32,000 nt of DNA from Propionibacteriaceae bacterium (lineage in GTDB: Bacteria > Actinomycetota > Actinomycetes > Propionibacteriales > Propionibacteriaceae): assembly GCA_031256725.1 (NCBI GenBank), contig JAIRQE010000018.1:81561-113560 (forward strand), read 5' to 3'. Below the pieces are notes generated by a model, which had not been told where the DNA came from, did not search any database, and saw nothing but the letters and a program-made list of their open reading frames with translations. The position numbers and the translations under genes are program-made. Positions 26,181 through 32,000 of the stretch are shown here, in pieces (the stretch's first letter is position 1; each line of letters starts with the position of its first letter).

Positions 26181-27274
26181 CGATCTCCACCTGTTGCTTC
26201 AAAAGCGTTGATAAGGGGCTCCACGACCGCAATAGGGGTGGGAGACTGCCCCATGAGGTCGCGGATCTGTGTGGCAAGTGAGGCTGTGAGAGGGTCGGCG
26301 GATCCTAGAGTTGCATAGGCTTTCTCGAAGCGAGCCGTCAGGGAACTCTTCGCCGCCAAGGCTTGCTGATTTGCCTGTTGTACCACATCAAAGGCAGCAT
26401 TCACCTGGTCTAGTCGCTTCATGTACTCCTCAAGTTGGCCCTGGGTTGTAGGTATCTCACCCAAGGCCTCTACGCTGGGGACTGCGTACTTGGGTGCAGG
26501 ATCCACACTTGAGCGAGTTTTTCGTACGATCTCAGTTACTGCGTGTTCTCGTTGAATCATGGAGGTACGTCGCTGGCTGGCTAAACCCACCTTCTGAGCC
26601 AGCATAGCTCTTTCTGCGTGACTCACAATGAGGTCACGTTCCATGAGGGAGGCGCGTACCTCCAAGGGTCCAAGGAATCCGCCTATGTCACCTCCACGGT
26701 TGGCTTTCTCGACGAGATCCTTGACCCCACTTGCGAGATTAGCCACCTGAGCTTCAGTGGCCTCGCGGATACCTGGGGGATCAAGCTTGGCTTGCTCCCT
26801 GATGCGCTCAACCTGTGCGAGTAATTGGGTGATACGAGCAGTGGTTTCCGTGGAGACTGGCGCTAGCTCGTACCTGGAAGAAAGCTGGGAGATGAGGGCT
26901 TCAAGCATCCGGCAAGCCTCAGGGAGGGAGACTGCCAGCCCCCCGCCGCTGGAGATGGTTGTACCAGGGGTCAGCATGTCGTTGAGGTTTGCCCAGATCA
27001 TGACAGCTATCTTCTTCAAGTCAATGTCAAGTACGCGTCCGGAATCCCAGACCTTCACCAGATCTGTGTAGCGATCCTTGATGGCCTGCCAGACCGTCAA
27101 GGTCATAGCTATGTCTGTCACACCCTGGGGACTGGTAGCCTGGACCTTTCGATCAAGACGGTCAAGATCCTGACGGCGATCATTAATCCAGTTACCACAA
27201 TCATCAAGGTATGTCAGCATTTGATTGTGAGTGGGCGGCTGTGTCGCGGAACCTTCGGGCCACGGTACTGTCAT
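26177..27274 (-). CDS. hypothetical cytosolic, predominantly helical protein (365 aa)
   Basis: I moved the start to ATG 27274, which has AAGGAA upstream and an ATGA overlap with the upstream stop. There is no signal peptide or TM segment. The sequence is rich in heptad-like Leu/Gln/Glu/Ala stretches. It occupies the position held by glnH in glnX-glnH-pknG operons. Confidence 0.55.
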   Translation of the reverse strand: MTVPWPEGSATQPPTHNQMLTYLDDCGNWINDRRQDLDRLDRKVQATSPQGVTDIAMTLTVWQAIKDRYTDLVKVWDSGRVLDIDLKKIAVMIWANLNDMLTPGTTISSGGGLAVSLPEACRMLEALISQLSSRYELAPVSTETTARITQLLAQVERIREQAKLDPPGIREATEAQVANLASGVKDLVEKANRGGDIGGFLGPLEVRASLMERDLIVSHAERAMLAQKVGLASQRRTSMIQREHAVTEIVRKTRSSVDPAPKYAVPSVEALGEIPTTQGQLEEYMKRLDQVNAAFDVVQQANQQALAAKSSLTARFEKAYATLGSADPLTASLATQIRDLMGQSPTPIAVVEPLINAFEATGGDR

Positions 27275-28557
27275 AGGTATTCCTTGGTACGAGAATGCAA
27301 TCCACTCAGAAGGAAGACAACCGCTACGACGCACAGGAGCGCCAAAAGGGCTGTGTACCACATGGCGGGGACAACGAGGTTGTCTTCGGTGAGGCGTTCG
27401 TCATCAATCAAATTCGACAGAGTCTGTGCCAGGTCAAGCCAGGGGAGATTCGATGACAGAGTATGGGGCGCTGAGGATGAATCTGTGACGAGGGAATCCA
27501 CTGCCGAAGAGAGGGTGGTGAATCCTTCCTCAAGATCCGAATCAATGAAAGCCACGACCTTCATAACGGTTGGCTGGATTGAGTGGGCTGTGGTCTGAGC
27601 CTGGGTGAGATGGGTCGACCATTGATCTGGATCAAGGACACCCATAGCGACCTGGGCGCGTGAGGTCCAGGTATCGGCTTGAGCTTGAGAGAAGGCCGAA
27701 ATCCGCGAATCGACCACCGAGATTTCAGCGGACTTTGACGCATAGAATCCGACAGTCACGATGGCGGCAATGACTGCTAATAAACCGATCGTGAGCCCAG
27801 GATTGATGATTCGGCGACTACGACGAGCAGTGACCACCGAAACCATAACGAATCCCAGACCGCCAAGAACCGAGGCGATGATGCCAATGATGATGAAAGG
27901 AGTCGTTGATGTGGCATCAACTGAGACCGAGGAATAGGCCTGGTCGATTGCTGTGGTTACATTACGGAATTCAGTGTCAAGGAGGCTCACCCGCAATGGG
28001 TCCACAGAGCCATTCGAGATGATATGAAGTGAGACAGCCAGATCGTCTTGCCAGGTACGGATTGATGAGATAACCGACCCCATGTCGCCATGACCGACAT
28101 AGCTTCCCGCTGAGGCAAGAATCAAGTGATCCGTGGTTGAACGGACCTGGTCATAGGCAGCGATGAGGTCACTATTCATAGGCGAGGTCATCAACGAGAG
28201 TCCTGTAGCATGGGTTTTAGCTACTGCAGATCGCAGATCGCGTAGATCCTGTGCGTGAAGCATCGTTGCAGCACTCGACTCCTGCTGGGTCTGGGTTGCC
28301 AGGACCGATCCGATACACAATGCCGTGGCTAAGAGTGTCCAGATGACCAGCCCTGTTCTCATGAATCGGTACAAGCGCGGCCCTGATGTTTTCGGTGCGG
28401 CCGTGGAGGTTGGACGTGGGGGAGTCGCTTCAATGGCTGTTGGAGCGGGTACTGCTTGGGCAACCTTGGGGGGAGGTGCTGCTTGGGTTGCCATAGCAGT
28501 CTTGGCGCCAGACGACTTGGCTACGCCTGCCGATCTGGTGGGTTTTGCTGTAGCCAT
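27271..28557 (-). CDS. four-TM membrane protein with two extracytoplasmic helical domains, GlnX-like by position, size and topology
   Basis: The N-terminus is Ala/Pro-rich and basic. TM helices fall at about aa 70-90, 215-240, 250-272 and 400-420, with a positive cytoplasmic loop (TARRSRRI). The two intervening domains of about 125 aa are helix-prone. The gene lies directly upstream of the pknG module and its start overlaps the AAA+ stop by 1 nt. Confidence 0.5.
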   Translation of the reverse strand: MATAKPTRSAGVAKSSGAKTAMATQAAPPPKVAQAVPAPTAIEATPPRPTSTAAPKTSGPRLYRFMRTGLVIWTLLATALCIGSVLATQTQQESSAATMLHAQDLRDLRSAVAKTHATGLSLMTSPMNSDLIAAYDQVRSTTDHLILASAGSYVGHGDMGSVISSIRTWQDDLAVSLHIISNGSVDPLRVSLLDTEFRNVTTAIDQAYSSVSVDATSTTPFIIIGIIASVLGGLGFVMVSVVTARRSRRIINPGLTIGLLAVIAAIVTVGFYASKSAEISVVDSRISAFSQAQADTWTSRAQVAMGVLDPDQWSTHLTQAQTTAHSIQPTVMKVVAFIDSDLEEGFTTLSSAVDSLVTDSSSAPHTLSSNLPWLDLAQTLSNLIDDERLTEDNLVVPAMWYTALLALLCVVAVVFLLSGLHSRTKEYL

Positions 28558-29846
28558 CAGTCCTCCTGGGTGGATTTTGTATTGCCCTCGCTCTGATCGG
28601 CTTCCTGCGTGAGCCTGGCAAGAATCTCGTCAACATCATTGAGGGTGTCGAGGTCAGCGTTTTTTTCTTCACGCTGGAGGTCGAGTGGTACGGGGGGTTC
28701 GCGGCGAGGTTCAGGTTCTGGGGCAATATCTTGAGGCAGGATCTCGCGAAGCTGCTCTAGGGTTGGTTCCTCGACATCTTTGAGTCTCCATGCCATCTTT
28801 CCGATGGCTGCCTCGAAGACATTACGCGCGAAACGACCATTGCCGAAGCTTTCGTCGCGGATTTGGAGTGCCAAGAGGGCCCGGAATGCACTCACGCTCT
28901 CCTGAGGTACATCAAAGTCACCCTTGGTTGCCATGGACATGAAGATGTCCACCAACTCATCATCGGTGTAATCCGGGAAGAGAATCGTTGTTCTGAATCG
29001 GGATTCAAGTCCAGGGTTCTCAGCGATGAACTTCGCCATGGGTACGGGATATCCGGCAACCATGACAACCAGATCTGCTCGACGATCTTCCATCTCTTTA
29101 ACGAGGGTGTTGATGGACTCTTGGCCATATTGGTCACCGGAGAGAGAGTAAGCCTCATCAATGAAGAGCACTCCGCCAGCGGCTTGCTCAACAACCTCAG
29201 CAGTCTTCATCGCTGTCTGGCCAAGGTAGCCAGCAACCAACTCCGAACGGTCAACCTCGACAAGATGTCCCTTCGACAGCAAACCCAATGCTCGATAGAT
29301 CCCTCCAACGAGACGAGCCACAGTTGTTTTTCCTGTACCTGGGTTGCCAACGAAAACAAGGTGACGGGTGACAGTGGCATCTTTGAGGCCTGCCTGCTGA
29401 CGTAAACCCTGGATCCTCAAGATGGCTGACTGTCGATGAATCTCCTCTTTTACGGTTTTCAAACCAATGAGTTCATCAAGTTCTGCGAGCCACTCTTCGA
29501 GGGTTTTCTCTTCCTCTTCAGGTTCATCTATGGTCTGGGGGAGCTCACCTTGGGTTGCAACCTGGGGAGGTTCAGCTGCAGTGTGATCAGCGGAATCAAC
29601 AGCCGATGGGGATGCTGTAGCTCCATGAGCGGGATCTCCTGGTGTACCTAGAAGTCCACCCAAAGGGCCAAAGGCTCCAGGAGTATGGGGGTCTAGGGCT
29701 GAGATGTCGAAAGGATTCAGTGTTTCGATCTCGGCTGCTTGTTCGGCAGAGATTCCCCTCAATTTGGCGAGAACCTCACCGAGAAGCTCGGGTGCTCTGC
29801 GCGTGAACTCTTGCATGATGTCTTGGTTGTCGCGATCCTCGCTCAT
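28557..29846 (-). CDS. AAA+ ATPase, CbbX/SpoVK/EccA-type
   Basis: It has Walker [10 protein letters not shown] and Walker [11 protein letters not shown], plus the family-typical [34 protein letters not shown] and [20 protein letters not shown]. The N- and C-terminal tails are acidic and look disordered. Confidence 0.85.
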   Translation of the reverse strand: MSEDRDNQDIMQEFTRRAPELLGEVLAKLRGISAEQAAEIETLNPFDISALDPHTPGAFGPLGGLLGTPGDPAHGATASPSAVDSADHTAAEPPQVATQGELPQTIDEPEEEEKTLEEWLAELDELIGLKTVKEEIHRQSAILRIQGLRQQAGLKDATVTRHLVFVGNPGTGKTTVARLVGGIYRALGLLSKGHLVEVDRSELVAGYLGQTAMKTAEVVEQAAGGVLFIDEAYSLSGDQYGQESINTLVKEMEDRRADLVVMVAGYPVPMAKFIAENPGLESRFRTTILFPDYTDDELVDIFMSMATKGDFDVPQESVSAFRALLALQIRDESFGNGRFARNVFEAAIGKMAWRLKDVEEPTLEQLREILPQDIAPEPEPRREPPVPLDLQREEKNADLDTLNDVDEILARLTQEADQSEGNTKSTQED

Positions 29847-29850
29847 ATGT

Positions 29851-30384
29851 TTATCCCAGGTCTAGTGGTGATGTGGAAACTGAAGGTTTGGGTTTGGGTA
29901 CAGCCATGGGAACACGCCCTGGTGAAAACTTCTCAACCAGGAAGCGACCATGGACAACCAAGGCCTCGGCATCCTTGGCTAAGACAGCGTCATAGATCTT
30001 GTCTACTGTTTCCCCAAGAAGATCCAATTGGTCGATGAGAACCAACAAGGAGGAGCGGCCTGCATCCACTGGTCGAGAATCAGCCCAGTCCCGTGGCAGG
30101 CGAACATAGCTTCCCACAGTTTGGGGAAGATAGCTAGTTGCAGTCGCGATCAAGGAGTACTGATCCACTGAGGTGAGACCTGTGTTATCCATTCTCGGAA
30201 GGGTTTCTCGAAGCCTCTTAGTGATCCTGTTGACTCGAGAAATGACCGCGCTCGACAGCGCCGCAGAGACCACTTTCTCGTCCATCATATCGAGGGCAGT
30301 GGCAATCTCTTCGGGGGTCGGTGCTGAGGGAGTCTCAGGAGCGGTCTGCTCGTGATCCTCTCGAAACCAATCAAATAGTCCCAC
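29851..30384 (-). CDS. hypothetical small cytosolic protein (177 aa)
   Basis: GTG start at 30384 with GGGAG upstream. It sits tightly between the TelA-like and AAA+ genes, with gaps of 12 and 4 nt. I recognise no motif. Confidence 0.5.
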   Translation of the reverse strand: MGLFDWFREDHEQTAPETPSAPTPEEIATALDMMDEKVVSAALSSAVISRVNRITKRLRETLPRMDNTGLTSVDQYSLIATATSYLPQTVGSYVRLPRDWADSRPVDAGRSSLLVLIDQLDLLGETVDKIYDAVLAKDAEALVVHGRFLVEKFSPGRVPMAVPKPKPSVSTSPLDLG

Positions 30385-30396
30385 GAAATACTCCCG

Positions 30397-31686
30397 TCAG
30401 GCTCCAGTATCGACGCTCAATTGACCTTCAACAATTGGCTGCGGAGAGTTTTGTACCCGATCAAGGTAGACACGAGACTTCGCGACCTCGCCTTCGAGAA
30501 CTGTAATCGTCTGAGACATATTGTTGAGAGCCTGCGCCTTGAAGGTATCGATGGAATCCATTGTTTCATAGATATTCGAGAAAGCTGCTTGGAGTTGTTC
30601 TAAACCGATGGTGGAACTGGCAGCCTGCTCTTGGATGGAGACCGACTGTTCTTTGAGCATCTCGGAGGTACGCTGGATGAGCCCTGAGGTTGTTGTATTC
30701 AGAGCTGTGATCTGATCAAGGACGAGTCGCTGGTTGTTGAGCGCCTGGGCGACGATCACCGCAGTACGCAAAGCAGCTACTGTTGTCGTTGAAGCGCGGT
30801 CAACACCCTTAATGAGTTCAATGTTGTTCTTCACAATGATATCGATACTCAGATAGTTCTGGATGGACACAGCCAACTGGGTGAGAAGATCCTGATGCTT
30901 TTGGCGTACATAGAAAAGAACATCTTCGGAGAGTACTTTGGCGCGCTCGGGATCGGTCACAGCTAATTCAGAGATGCGTGCAGCCAACTGGGCGTCCAAG
31001 CGCTCAGCAATGTAGACGTACTGGTTGAGCCTGCCCATGGTCTGCCACAGGTTCTGCTTTTCCATACCAAGGGAGACATTGTCGCGGGTGAGTTCATCCT
31101 GGCCTGAACGCAAGGCATGAAGGATCGCATTGAGGTGGTCTTGACTGGATTGGTACTTGCGGAAATAGTTCTCCACGGAACGACCCATGGGGATGAGGCC
31201 GAAGAGCTTTTTCGTGAAGCCCTGGTCCTGGTGGGGGTCAAGGTCTTCAACGGTACGTCTGAGGTCCATGAGGGTCTTACCCACTGTTGATCCCTGGGAG
31301 AGCCCGCCTTCTTTCATCGCTCGTACCGGAGTGGTCAAAAGACGATTGGAGGCCTCAGCAGCCTTGCGGATATCGGCATCCCCCATAGCGCGTACAGCAT
31401 CAGCTTGGGCGGCAAGTTGGGGGGATTTGGTTTCTGCCTGCTCAATCTGGGCTAGGAAGGCTGCAACCTTTTCGTCAAGGATGGGTACCTGTGCAGCTTC
31501 AACCTGAGGTGCCATCGCTGGTGCCTGGGTTGTTGCAACCACTTCCATGGGTGCGGGAGCTTCAAGAGTGAGGATGGGAGCCTGCATTGCTGTTGCTGCT
31601 GGTGCGGCAGCGGAGGCTGCGGCTTCAGGAACCTGGGGTGCAGGTGGTGCAGGTGGCGTGGGCTGAGCAGGGGAAAACTCGGACAT
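30397..31686 (-). CDS. TelA-like toxic anion resistance family protein with an Ala/Pro-rich N-terminal extension
   Basis: The TelA-family core is KKLFGLIP...YFRKYQSSQDHLNAILHALRSGQDELTRDNVSLGMEKQNLWQTMGRLNQYVYIAERLD. I prefer ATG 31686, with GGAGG 5 nt upstream, over ATG 31698. Confidence 0.75.
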   Translation of the reverse strand: MSEFSPAQPTPPAPPAPQVPEAAASAAAPAATAMQAPILTLEAPAPMEVVATTQAPAMAPQVEAAQVPILDEKVAAFLAQIEQAETKSPQLAAQADAVRAMGDADIRKAAEASNRLLTTPVRAMKEGGLSQGSTVGKTLMDLRRTVEDLDPHQDQGFTKKLFGLIPMGRSVENYFRKYQSSQDHLNAILHALRSGQDELTRDNVSLGMEKQNLWQTMGRLNQYVYIAERLDAQLAARISELAVTDPERAKVLSEDVLFYVRQKHQDLLTQLAVSIQNYLSIDIIVKNNIELIKGVDRASTTTVAALRTAVIVAQALNNQRLVLDQITALNTTTSGLIQRTSEMLKEQSVSIQEQAASSTIGLEQLQAAFSNIYETMDSIDTFKAQALNNMSQTITVLEGEVAKSRVYLDRVQNSPQPIVEGQLSVDTGA

Positions 31687-32000
31687 TGAAACCTCCATTA
31701 GTGTTCATCTAAGACCAATGTAGCGGGAATAAGCTAGTTCAGGGTAGTCGGCTCATCGTAGATGGGACATTGGAAAGAAATATGGGTGAAGAATGGGGGT
31801 TTTTCGCAGGCTTTTTCCTCCAAGCGGAGGTTGGGTTCCATGAGATGAGGATATGGCAACTGATCGGTTTTCTTTGATTAGGAGGCTGAATAGTAACCAA
31901 AGATTCGAGGCGTCAAAAAAATGTCGTAGGTCCATGATGAGATAGGACCATGACAGTTTCGTACCGATTAGTTCGTCAGAGGAATCATTTCGATCATCCT

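Noticed and set aside
27275-27361. Longer start (27361) for the protein upstream of pknG, overlapping the 4-TM gene by 91 nt.
   Set aside because: The internal ATG at 27274 gives the ATGA stop/start overlap seen at the other junctions and has AAGGAA upstream. The extension has no conserved look.
31817-31830. Hairpin CCTCC-aagc-GGAGG upstream of the TelA-like gene, a possible terminator.
   Set aside because: The stem is only 5 bp. The T-run precedes rather than follows it on the plus strand, and an A-run follows it on the minus strand. It does not fit an intrinsic terminator on either strand.
31950-32000. Possible start of a plus-strand gene (ATG 31950, MTVSYRLVRQRNHFDHP) running off the window.
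   Set aside because: Only 17 codons are visible, the RBS is weak (GATAGGA) and there is no motif. The evidence is insufficient to call.
1-32000. A search by eye for CRISPR arrays, rRNA, IS elements, integrases and phage genes.
   Set aside because: I found no regularly spaced short repeats, no rRNA-like conserved blocks, and no DDE, tyrosine-recombinase or serine-recombinase motifs in any listed ORF.

Overview
This looks like an actinobacterial chromosome segment. Hand-counted GC on a few 60-nt lines is about 53-60% in core genes and about 38-45% in two accessory wedges.

Left to right:
1. The 3' end of a PAT-type GNAT acetyltransferase, then rpe and thrC.
2. A low-GC wedge holding a vapBC toxin-antitoxin pair, an orphan membrane-anchored protein and about 1 kb of ORF-free DNA.
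3. Rhamnulokinase (rhaB), facing away from a six-gene operon: PHP-like metalloprotein, SrlD/RhaW-type SDR, oversized Zn-ADH/MDR, lipoyl-E2, E3 and a fused E1 alpha-beta. A LacI-type palindrome sits in the shared control region.
4. A low-GC islet of about 3.95 kb carrying a lipoprotein, a HlyD/PG-binding adaptor, an ABC ATPase and an FtsX/MacB-type permease. It is bracketed by direct repeats of about 258 bp that duplicate the DUF3107 gene. The left copy is a decayed pseudogene.
5. A ten-gene, translationally coupled minus-strand operon built around a clear PknG homologue. Transcription order is TelA-like, 177-aa protein, CbbX/SpoVK-type AAA+, GlnX-like 4-TM protein, cytosolic helical 366-aa protein, PknG, PP2C phosphatase, vWA (full MIDAS), zinc-ribbon-FHA, DUF3107.

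The ten-gene operon is my best candidate for an uncharacterised signalling or stress (possibly conflict) system. I recognised no rRNA, tRNA, CRISPR array, transposase or integrase. All start codons and all family assignments come from reading motifs by eye, not from database searches.
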